Assembly (NCBI GenBank): GCA_054661495.1
Contig: BAAFSQ010000037.1
Coordinates: forward strand, 1 to 32,000
Length of the DNA: 32,000 nucleotides
Reading direction: 5' to 3'
Origin: Zygophlyctis sp. KS116
Lineage: Eukaryota > Fungi > Chytridiomycota
Below, piece after piece: positions 20,416 through 30,700 of this stretch (position 1 is its first letter; the number at the start of each line of letters is the position of its first letter). Under the pieces are notes generated by a model. That model did not search any database. It saw nothing but the letters and a program-made list of their open reading frames with translations, and had not been told where the DNA came from. The translations under genes were made by a program, and so were the position numbers.

Positions 20416-22715
20416 ATGGCGACTCCTTCCTGGGATGATATCAATAAACTCACAGAACAAAATATGCAACTGTGTATATGGATAAATGAGCAAAAGATTT
20501 ATATAAGATCATTAACTAATGCAATTCCTAAATCTCTTTTGGATGATTTGGCAGCGACATTACCGCCTTTACCAAATATACCAGAGTTAATAGCATTATG
20601 GGAGCCGAAAAGAATACTAAAGAGTCCGATCGATGATAGTCAACCATTCATGATACAGTTTCCTGAAAAGCCTTTTCTGCCTCCAAGAGAATCAAGTACA
20701 GAAGCAATGAAGTTTAAAACTGGTAAAACGATCAGTCAGTCAAAAGATATGATTGATGATTCTCATGATATCTTGGATCATTATCCGGCAACTGGATCAA
20801 ATGAAACTACTCCTATTCAAATTATGCAAGAACATGAAATGCTATATCTTGCTTATGAATCAGCAAAAGATAATGATAATCAAGGATCCTCTATTAAGCT
20901 AAAAAACTTGCAAGATTATAATGTTCAGGATTTAACTCAAAAAGAAATGACTATTACCCCTGAAAGAGAAGAAATACAACTGTCGGATGATCATAAATAT
21001 AAAATACACGTTTTATATACAACAAGAGCGCTTACTCCAAAAGGAAAAGAAGCTATGGCTCTAATTCTTTCAGTAACGGATTCACTCACGAATGAAGAGC
21101 TTTTTAAGTTGGATAAACAGTATAGTCATTTAGCGATTTTAGATGTTTATGTATGTTGATTTTATTCTAAATATTCTTAGCTAAGAAAAAAGGAATCTTT
21201 AGAAGATTTTCCACCACTTCCAGAAAAGTTTTTATTTCAGACATTTGCACCATACAAGTTTGATCTTCGAAAAGTAGGATGGTTTTATTAAAAATTTAGA
21301 ATGCAGTAGAGACATATCTTAATTATATTTTGGAAAGATGTGCAAATTGGAGAGAGGTGAAAATGTTTCTCAAATCAAATAAGTATGAGCCAGTCAAGGT
21401 TGAAATTTTTAATTTAAAAGTTAGTCTTCTTTTGTAATGGAAGGATTTTTATTTAGAAAAGAAAAACAAGGCTCTTCATGGAAAGCTAGATACTATTATA
21501 TAAAGGATGGCTCGTTGGGATTTTCAGACCGGGTATTTATAAATTTGTAACGTTTTAGCGAGGGGAACCCCAAGTTTCTAGTATTGATATGAAGAATATG
21601 ACTGTTACAAGACTTAGCGACAATTCACCGTCAACAGAGAACGACTACTGTCATGCTTTTATGCTGTATGAATCCCAATCATCGACTTCAGACTTAAATC
21701 TAGAAAAACAACATTCAATTTTTTGCTGCGAAAATAATAAGGAAAGAGATCTATGGGTGCTTCATTTAGGTAATGAGATTGTCAAGTATCGTCCTAAGGA
21801 TAATACAGTAACAAATGAACTCTCTGACCTGAAATTGAAAGATGATTTTAGTAGAAGAGATGATGCTTCTAGACGAGATGAATATCCTAGAAGATTATCT
21901 TCAAAAGAATCCAATTTAAACAAAAGTGATTCCGGTGGGAATCACCCAGGTATGATCCCAATATCCGAACAAGTGGGAGAAATCAGTAAAAACTATTTAA
22001 GAAAAAAATCAGATCTTATCGATTCAAAAAATACAATGGGAAAGGGGTTTTTCAAGAATAAAAATGTAGATAAGCCGCTACCACAAACTAAAAGAGTATT
22101 TGGGAATACTCTAGCAAATGCTGTGGCAGTTTCTCAAATTTCTAAAACCTTTCCTATTCCAGCTATTATTTATCGGTGTATAGAATATTTAGAGCATCAA
22201 CGAGGTAAATTCTTCTTGTACTTATTTTAAGCATGGCAAGATGAAGGTATTTATCGACTGTCAGGGATGTCTACTGAAATAAATTATCTCAAGGGAAAGT
22301 ATGAAACGGGTATTATGACTGATCTAATTTTGTAGATCTTGATTTCGATCTTATACATCAAGAAAAAATGTTTGATACAAATGCGGTTGCAGGCCTCCTT
22401 AAACTTTATTTAAGAGAGCTTCCAGAGCCTTTATTTTCAGATAATTTTGGTAAAGCTGATGGTGGTGGCAATTTAGAACAATTACAAATGGCACTTGCAA
22501 AAATACCATATCTCAACTATATACTACTGAGAACGATATTTGGGCACTTGGCACAGATTATAAAGCATTCCGATGTTAACAAGATGACACCCCAGAATTT
22601 AAGTATAATATTTTCGCCTACTCTGCAACTTTCGCCTACGATATTTTCTTCGTTTTTGCAAGACTTTGAATCAGTCTTCTGTCGGGAAGAGATTTATGTA
22701 CCGGAAAACTCCTAA
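20416..22715 (+). CDS. PX-PH-RhoGAP protein (Bem3-like)
   Basis: PX-like K.YS....LD..L and PPLPEK..F; PH motifs EGFL....WK.RYY and ERD.WV; RhoGAP motifs VFG..L, IP.IIYRCIEYL, EGIYRLSG, AGLLKLYLRELP and NKMT.QNL.IIFSPTL. Six introns of about 26-30 nt. Confidence 0.88.
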
Positions 22716-23062
22716 ATTCAAAATTTAATAAACTAAAAGATGATCAGTTTTTATTTAAAAACATTTCATGGCATTGATTGAGCCTGAGATTCCCGAGTAG
22801 ATTAAAGATACAGCATCGCCTTAGCAATAAATAAATGATTGTGGTAAAATTTGAAGTTAGATCACATTGTTGATAATGATCAAAACGGAAGATCGTGTCC
22901 GATAGTTTATTCCTTATTAGATTAATTGAATCTCGGTGATTAAATGTTTAATGGAAGCCACAATTTCCTCGATTAGCTGTATTTAATATCGGAGGCGGAA
23001 TCGGCCAACGCTAAATCAAATGAGTCGGACATGCTTCGGAGAACCTACGAAATATTTTATTA

Positions 23063-23566
23063 ATGAAATTCTCATCTCCTGCTTTGTTTGCTGCTTTCTT
23101 AATCGGTGCAGCTGTTGCCCAAGATGTTGCTTCTGTAAGTGGAACCGATAGTCCAGCCAAGATCAAGATTGCTCGTACTGATCAAGAAAAGGCTGATCAA
23201 AGAGCCCAAAGGGAAGCCGAAAAGGCTCAAAAAGCAGCTGAAAAGGAAGCTTCTAAAATCGAAAGACAGGCATCTAAAGCTGCACAAGCTACTGCCGTCC
23301 CAGAGCCAGTAAGTTCAACCCGTTTATTGACCATTTAGTCCGATGTCTCCACTGCCGTTGAAGCCACAAAAACTAAGCGCACTAAAGAACCCAAGACTTC
23401 AGATGCCACTGATATCTCTGCTACTATGGATGAAATTACTGAGGCCACTGCTAGTGTCGATGCTGATGACGGTGATTATCCTAAAGAAGAAGACAGATCT
23501 AGTTATGGACAAAAGGCTGCTGCTGGATCTTTTATCTCTGGATTATTGGCATTGCTTTTTATCTAA
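23063..23566 (+). CDS. Secreted, probably GPI-anchored Lys/Glu/Ala-rich surface protein, copy 1 (157 aa)
   Basis: Signal peptide MKFSSPALFAAFLIGAAVA and a charged helix. A 30-nt intron (23309-23338, GTAAGT donor) leads to an acidic Ser/Thr exon ending ...SSYGQKAAAGSFISGLLALLFI*. Confidence 0.82.
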
Positions 23567-23816
23567 ATTTAATATACGAAATACTGTAATTACAATTTAT
23601 TAGATCCCTGAGAGTCGTATGTAAAAAACGTATTCAGTCGGGAAGATCGTGTCCGATAGTTTATTCCTTATTAGATTAATTGAATCTCGGTGATTAAATG
23701 TTTAATGGAAGCCACAATTTCCTCGATTAGCTGTATTTAATATCGGAGGCGGAATCGGCCAACGCTAAATCAAATGAGTCGGACATGCTTCGGAGAACCT
23801 ACGAAATATTTTATTA

Positions 23817-24320
23817 ATGAAATTCTCATCTCCTGCTTTGTTTGCTGCTTTCTTAATCGGTGCAGCTGTTGCCCAAGATGTTGCTTCTGTAAGTGGAACC
23901 GATAGTCCAGCCAAGATCAAGATTGCTCGTACTGATCAAGAAAAGGCTGATCAAAGAGCCCAAAGGGAAGCCGAAAAGGCTCAAAAAGCAGCTGAAAAGG
24001 AAGCTTCTAAAATCGAAAGACAGGCATCTAAAGCTGCACAAGCTACTGCCGTCCCAGAGCCAGTAAGTTCAACCCGTTTATTGACCATTTAGTCCGATGT
24101 CTCCACTGCCGTTGAAGCCACAAAAACTAAGCGCACTAAAGAACCCAAGACTTCAGATGCCACTGATATCTCTGCTACTATGGATGAAATTACTGAGGCC
24201 ACTGCTAGTGTCGATGCTGATGACGGTGATTATCCTAAAGAAGAAGACAGATCTAGTTATGGACAAAAGGCTGCTGCTGGATCTTTTATCTCTGGATTAT
24301 TGGCATTGCTTTTTATCTAA
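23817..24320 (+). CDS. Secreted, probably GPI-anchored surface protein, copy 2 (identical)
   Basis: Identical to copy 1; intron 24063-24092. Confidence 0.8.
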
Positions 24321-24413
24321 ATTTAATATACGAAATACTGTAATTACGATTTATTTCGATGAGTTTGGCAGGAATGCGCAGTCGGACTCTGTCTAATTCC
24401 AAAATGAATTATT

Positions 24414-25352
24414 TTAACGAGGATACCATTCATCCAGTCGAATAGTTATTTCATCTACAGTACTATCATCAACTGAAGATTCCATGGATATTGGATCTGT
24501 GATCTGTTTTAGATTAGATTCTGACAGTGTCGCCTTTATTTTACGAGCGTAATCAATTTTCAAAGACTTTAAACCAAACATGCTATTTGTTTGAACAAAA
24601 CCCATTGCCATTGATGAAGATTGTGTATCTACTCATAAGAATCAATCAATTTACCAGTGAATGTAATCATTGCAAAATTCAAATCTTTACCTTTGTTCCC
24701 AATAAATATCCTCTTTATCTCACCAAATCTCTCAAATCCCGTTTTTAAATCTGTCTAGTCTAAGATTATTCAAAAAACCTTTTTAATAGATTGCGGCAAT
24801 GCGCTAATATACAAAGTCAACAGATCTAAATTATCTGTTCTACTAGAAACTTGATTTCCACCAAATCTCTCCTTGAGAATCATTGGTCCTCCAAAATAAG
24901 TCTTTCCCTTAAATTTAAAAATCCATCGAAATGATTACATTTAGCTCGTGAATCGCACTTTTAACTGAAATTGAAGATTCAAAATCCACAAAAGCCATAT
25001 TTTCCTTCTTGTCTAATCCCACATTAACTATGGATCCAAATCTCGAAAAAATAGAAATGATTGCTTCTACATTAACCCAATGAGGAATATCTAAAATAAC
25101 TAGACCGATCGCCCTTTTACAATCGTTAATCTTGGCGAAAGATTTCATATTCCTCACACCTTGCTTGAGATTCAATTGTCTTGTCAATATTTGAGAAGCA
25201 GCATTCCTTAAATGCTGGTCTGATCGTTTTAGATTTAAGGATGATTGAGTTGAATTCACCGTTCTACCCCATCCAGCAGGAACCCAAAGAGTCTCTAACG
25301 AAGGCCCAGGAATCCTTTTTACATCTTTTAAAGTCTGGGATCGTTGATCCAT
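24414..25352 (-). CDS. RNA-binding protein with two RRM domains
   Basis: RRM1: FSRFGSI..V......MAFVDF. After three short introns, RRM2: TLYISALP, FERFGEI..I, FAMITF and LKIDYAR. Confidence 0.8.
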
Positions 25353-25364
25353 GAAAATGTTTTA

Positions 25365-25787
25365 TTAAGTCTTTAAAATATTCCTTAATAGCCAAGTAGA
25401 CAATCCCATACCAGTTATAAATAATAAATCATGAAAGTAAACTTGATTACCCAGATTATCTCTTGTATAATTATTTTTACTTTGAGACATAAATGCAAAC
25501 GTCTTTTGAATCTTTAAACCACCTGCATTAGATCCTCCTCTGATCATTATTCTACATTCTTTTGTTTCGGGTAATGATAATAATTGAAGATCATCCGAAT
25601 CCGTATTAGTATTACTAGTAGCCAGATCTACTGCTTCTCTTAGACCGAGCGAGTGTCCGATTGCATGATGCTGCCAAATAATTTCAAAAGACTTTACAGA
25701 ATCACTTGAATTAGAGATTTCTAAATTTATGTCTGATTCCTTGATTTGGATCGTTTCTTCCAGTTGATCTACTTTTGAGACTGACAT
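25365..25787 (-). CDS. Hypothetical protein
   Basis: 140-aa ORF. The ends are uncertain (possible 28-nt intron near the 3' end and possible upstream exon). No family recognised. Confidence 0.5.
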   Translation of the reverse strand: MSVSKVDQLEETIQIKESDINLEISNSSDSVKSFEIIWQHHAIGHSLGLREAVDLATSNTNTDSDDLQLLSLPETKECRIMIRGGSNAGGLKIQKTFAFMSQSKNNYTRDNLGNQVYFHDLLFITGMGLSTWLLRNILKT

Positions 25788-25889
25788 TTCCTATTATAAA
25801 TCCTTAATATTCCAAAAGTAAAACTGAATCCAGTCCTTGATTTTCAAGAGTCTGAACGGGACAGGCAAGCGTCACCCAGAACATCAAGA

Positions 25890-26435
25890 ATGCAATTTTA
25901 CCGTCGTCTTGATGTCTTTGCAAGATCAAGATTATTGCTTGCCTTTAACAGTATTACTAATATTAAAAGTATGTCAATAAGTATTCCCTATAGAGGACTA
26001 TTGATTGGTTGTCTGGCGCTAATAATAATTCCAAAAACTAGATTAGAATGTTCACCGACATTTGCAGGAGTTCCAGTAGCAGCAACTTTCCTAATGCATC
26101 AAGCATATGCACAATTTGAATCACAATTTCCAGGATTAGAACTTGCATCACTCTTTGATACCAATTCTAGTGAATTTGAATACTATGAAGCAACTTCTGG
26201 TTTAGAAAGATTGACGGTAAAGATCTTTGGCCCATCTCAAGCAACAATCATAATTCCAGTCTATGAAAAATATAGTCAAGTAGAAGAAGAAAGAATGGGG
26301 AGTGCAGGGATCAAGAAATCTCCAGTTGGGAAACTTCAAATTGTTGGAAAATGTCAAATGGGATGTGCAAAAGTCACTTTAAGTCAAATGACTCTATTCA
26401 AATTAAACGATGAAATAGTCTGGAATTATCCTTAA
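25890..26435 (+). CDS. Hypothetical protein, possibly mitochondrial membrane-anchored
   Basis: 181-aa ORF with an Arg-rich presequence-like N-terminus and a hydrophobic segment GLLIGCLALIII. Confidence 0.5.
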   Translation: MQFYRRLDVFARSRLLLAFNSITNIKSMSISIPYRGLLIGCLALIIIPKTRLECSPTFAGVPVAATFLMHQAYAQFESQFPGLELASLFDTNSSEFEYYEATSGLERLTVKIFGPSQATIIIPVYEKYSQVEEERMGSAGIKKSPVGKLQIVGKCQMGCAKVTLSQMTLFKLNDEIVWNYP

Positions 26436-26899
26436 TAACAAATTGCCAATACCTCTCCTCCTACTCTTTTGCGCAATGCGTCATTTAACTCTACAATTCC
26501 ATAAACAGTATCCATAATTGTAATTTGTCCTAAAACTCTTCGTTTAATAAGGGAATTAACTCTTTTAGCTGCACCCAAAGCTTGTAACTCTTGAACAGTA
26601 GCAAAGACTCTTCTTGATGGTTTTGAAATGATCTTGAATTCACTTAATGCAGGTTGTCCTTGTCTGTATTTCAAATCTAACCAAATCCTACGAGAGTGAA
26701 TGTTTTCCGGAGTGATTGGTATATTAGCATTAGCAAACGGAGCTTGATGATCTCCCATCATCCAAGTAGAAATAAATCCTTGATCATAAAGTAATTTTGA
26801 AATCGCCTGGTTTTGATTAGAGAATGGAATACTAATGCGACGATATCCATTCTTGAAAGAATTAGAGATGTGAGATGCTAGATTTGGTATTGGTCCCAT
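26432..26899 (-). CDS. MRPS8: Mitochondrial ribosomal protein S8 (uS8m)
   Basis: L.SHI.N, SIPFS......I..LLY.QGFIS, LDLKYR.G.P.L....IISKPSRRV and GGEVL. Confidence 0.9.
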   Translation of the reverse strand: MGPIPNLASHISNSFKNGYRRISIPFSNQNQAISKLLYDQGFISTWMMGDHQAPFANANIPITPENIHSRRIWLDLKYRQGQPALSEFKIISKPSRRVFATVQELQALGAAKRVNSLIKRRVLGQITIMDTVYGIVELNDALRKRVGGEVLAICY

Positions 26900-26949
26900 C
26901 GTTCAAATTATTTTCAGGAGTAGGTGGTCTGCTAAAAAAAACTCTTGCA

Positions 26950-27577
26950 ATGGGTGGCACTAGAAATACTCGAATGATGTCACTGCTTAATTACCGTTTA
27001 AAGATTACTCTACAAGATGGAAGATATCTGGTAGGGCAGATGTTGGCATTTGATAAACACATGAATTTGGTTTTGGGAGATACAGAAGAATTTAGAAGAA
27101 TTAAAACTAAAAAGGTTGTTGTCGGACTTCCAGGAAGAGAAGAAAAAAGAGCGCTTGGACTTGTGATATTAAGAGGAGAAACTATTGTGGCATTATCAGT
27201 TGAGGCACCTCCTCCATCAGGAGATAAAAGGACTCCGGCTTCCTTTATACCAGGAACAGGAGCAGGGCGACCAGCAGGGTATTAGTTTTTTAGTTTTTTA
27301 AATTTTAGACGTGGACTTCCAATGGCTCCTCCGTCTGCAACTCAGTTACCTGTTGGGTTAGGCGCACCTTCTGCGGCAATGATGCAGCCTCAAGTGAGTG
27401 CTGCTCCTGTTTCATACAATGGAAGACCTCCAATGGGTATGATTAATTCTTTTAATAATTTTAGGAATGCCAATGCCACCACCAGGATTTAGACCTGGTA
27501 TGCCAATGCCACCACCGGGTTTTAGACCAGGAATGCCAATGCCACCACCGGGTTTTAGACCACCACCTCCAAAATAA
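26950..27577 (+). CDS. SMB1: Small nuclear ribonucleoprotein SmB
   Basis: NYRLKITLQDGR..VGQMLAFDKHMNLVL.DTEEFR, LGLVILRGE and PAGRG; two introns; Pro-rich tail. Confidence 0.95.
27464..27562 (+). repeat. 33-nt coding tandem repeat x3 encoding GMPMPPPGFRP
   Basis: Three near-identical units in the SmB tail. Confidence 0.85.
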
Positions 27578-27623
27578 ATCTTATAGATGTATTTGATTTT
27601 TTTAAAAAAAAATTGTGCAAACA

Positions 27624-30600
27624 CTATGTATTGGCTATAATTTGAGTAGGTTTAAAAGCAAGTTCATCTTCAAGTGTACACTTTCTTAAACATTCATCAA
27701 TCCACTCTTGTGAAACGAAATACGGTCTTTTAGAGTAACTTCCTTGAGAGAAATTGACAAGCTTGTTGATAGCTTGAACTAATTCTAAACTCGCGTTTTT
27801 AGGAATTATAATGTGTGAAACTTTGTCGCATATACGATCAATTATGGTTCCTGATCTATTCAAAATCTTGAATGGAGTGACAGAAAAAGTAGATCCAGTC
27901 AAGTCCTTTTTAGGGATTAGATGCGATTTCTTGAAAGTGAGAGAAATCAGTTCAAAGTCCATAGATTGCATATATTCGCTTTGGATAAAGTTTGAATCAA
28001 CAACAATTTTCTCGTACAAATCAAGGTAAAATATACATCTCGAAAAAATAAGAGATGGATCAGGCTCGCTGAGATATCGTTCCTGAATACTCGAGGCACA
28101 AATATTGAACTGAATTCGCAAATCAAGATCATCTCCAGGACAATATTCTAATAAGTGTAAGGAAGAATCAATCTGCTCTAAGGTGTTGTCAAATAGCTAT
28201 CTTTAGAATTAAAAAAAATACATATTTTAAGTCATCATCAGTTATGTCTTCTGTGTAAGAATCCCCAAACTCATCAACATATTTTTCAGTTTGGCGCTTG
28301 GTGTCTTCCCTACAGAAAATCACATATTTTGGGTACAAAGGTAACCGTTTCTTCTTTTCTATACAAGCTGAAATATATTCTGATTTGATAATGTCATATT
28401 TGCCAGTTTTAATATGATTTCTAACACGTTGGGTTATATGGTCAGCGACAATTAAAAAGTTGTCTAGATCCTCTTTTCCACCTTGAACACGGCTGCCACC
28501 ATTAGCGTATATTTTCTCTTCCAAATCTTTTTTAATCTTATCTTTATCTAAATAAAGATTTGTAGGATCGCACCCTGCACTAGATGGAACTACCCAAAAT
28601 GTCATGCCTTCAAAGATTTTAGAATTTCCACGATCAACATTTGTCAAATCAGCGCCCCGATGTCCGGCTAGGATAGTTCTTTCAAATCTCCGTTTCTTAC
28701 TTACATGTGATAGATTTGCATCATCAGATATTCTTTGCATCATCCCATTAGGTCTCTTAGCCATTTCAGAGACCTGGGTAAGAGTTGTCATTGTATCTAT
28801 CGACTTATCGTTTCTGATTTCGATGAAGCGAGGAAATCTGACATCGAATGTTAATCCATCAGATGTTGACGTAATTTGACTTCCTCTAATCTGTACAATT
28901 GGGGCACTTGAAAAAGGTATAATACGATCCGGTTTTTTCTTCAACGTAAAATTCAGCCAGTCTGGAAGAGTGTCCGAAAATGGATGAAATAAATGAGAAT
29001 CTCTCGAGAGAATTTCAATTGTATTCTTATCTAGACCAGAGCCTACTTTGCATATAGTCTGATTTTTAAAAAAAAGTAAAAAACCTTTAAAATTGGATGA
29101 TCTGAATCAATTGTATCATCTCTAACAGCGCAAGCCTTGAAATTAGCATTTAAAATTTTAATACAAATGATGAGAATTTCCCACCAGTTCTCCCTTCTCC
29201 AAAATATCCACCGACTAGCATTACATCCAAATCATCGGATAATGCCTCAAAATAGTCTGGTTTGACTTTATACCAATTTTCATGCGATCCTGGATCGTAA
29301 AAAGATAGAGGGTCTTTAACCATCAGCCCCTCTTCACCATTTTCCATGCATTCAAAAAGACTAGATTCTAATTCAGCGACTGTAGTACCCTTTTTTACTG
29401 GAAGATTTTCTACAAATTTAACTCGTTCAGAAAAAACATCTTTTAAAACATCTAGTCTGGTTTCTAAAGTTTCATTAATCAGACTGGTTCCATTTAACAA
29501 TAAAACATCGAAAACTTGAAAACAAATTCGACGCCTTGATTCCATATCTGAATTCATGTCTAAAAATCAATTCAATTTTCAAACCTTTTGAAACTGATTT
29601 CATCTTTGACGAAGCCATATATCTACCCGTTTCCTCATCATACGGAACCACTTCACCATCTAGTATACAGCTAAATTACTTAAATAAATTAAATTACTTT
29701 GATACGTTACTATTTATCAGCTGACTCATAATTGGAGCCAAACTTCCTGAATTTAAGTCCTTTCCATACAAGTTTGTAAAATCCTCATTTGAGCGAGAAT
29801 ACCAAGTAAAGTTTCCTCTATCATAATGCATTAGCATCCTCCAACCATCCAATTTAGTCTGCATATAAAAAACTCTCCCATCCTTGAAATGATCTAAAAT
29901 ATCAGAGAGAGATTTTAATCGCGATGAAGCCTGTGGAAAAAATCGATAACCCAATGTAACTTTTCTTTCTGGCATTCTAAAACTTGGATCCAATAATACT
30001 TTAGTTGCCATAAAAAGATCTGAGCAATATTTAAAAAATTTAACACCTTCTGGATGATATAAGCCCAGTACTGTATCTAAAAAATTACAAAATTACTAAT
30101 ACCTAGCGATATTCCAAATTTAACATTTTTATGAATAATTTTAGCAATTAGAACCTGTTCTGCTGCTGTACAATTTGTAAATATTTGAAACATGACTTGC
30201 TGTTTTGCATTCCTAGATTAAGTCTTAAAATCACGCACCTATCTTTTGCAGATAAAAACGAATCAATCAATTCATTAACCTCATCAATCGTCAAAGTAGC
30301 CAGTGTCTTTTTTAATGATTGCTGATACTGCTTCAAGACACTTTTGAGAATCGCACCAAAATCCCCAGCCTTGTCGCCATTTAAACTCGAATCTTTCCAA
30401 TTTTCCAGCTTTTTCCTATTTTCCCCCTTCTCGGGCAATGCAAGGAGCTGAGAGTATAGTGAAGCCAGTTTAGCCTCCTTGATCCCTGATGCAGGCCTTT
30501 GAGTGTCATGATCCGGGAAAAGGTTTCTTAATGCGGGAAAGATATTCTTGTTGGACGCTTTCCAATCTCTAATGAATTCATCGACAAGATCCAGCTTTTC

Positions 30601-30678
30601 TTGCCGACCGATCCCTTTTTTAGTAATATTTCCAATTAGATTTGCTAAAAAGATAAACTTGTCTGGAGCTTCTGCCAT
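27624..30678 (-). CDS. LIG4: DNA ligase IV (NHEJ) with C-terminal BRCT domains
   Basis: N-terminal DBD (GIKE..L, AGDF), KLDGWR adenylation motif, ILDGE, FDVL.LNG, EEGLMVK, WYKVKPDY, KVGSG, RFPRF..IR.DK and two BRCT-like regions. Seven introns. Confidence 0.92.
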
Positions 30679-30700
30679 CAGTTTTTAGGGCAAATAACTA

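Larger units (their letters stand above)
22887..24355 (+). repeat. Tandem direct duplication, 715-bp copies (22887-23601 and 23641-24355), period 754 bp
   Basis: The copies look identical by eye except A23594/G24348, with a 39-nt unique spacer at 23602-23640. Confidence 0.95.

Noticed and set aside
23343-23603. ORF MSPLPLKPQK... (and its copy at 24097-24396)
   Set aside because: Wrong-frame shadow of exon 2 of the GPI-type gene.
22887-24355. Duplication as an LTR pair, transposon or CRISPR-like array
   Set aside because: No TG...CA ends, TSD, transposase or RT; each unit is a complete host-type gene and there are only two units.
29845-29865. LIG4 motif I KLDGWR instead of KLDGER
   Set aside because: The position is the variable x in KxDGxR; the catalytic Lys, Asp and Arg are intact.
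2788-30678. Non-canonical (AT-AC, GC-AG, GA-AG) introns
   Set aside because: All introns I could anchor with conserved protein sequence are GT-AG.
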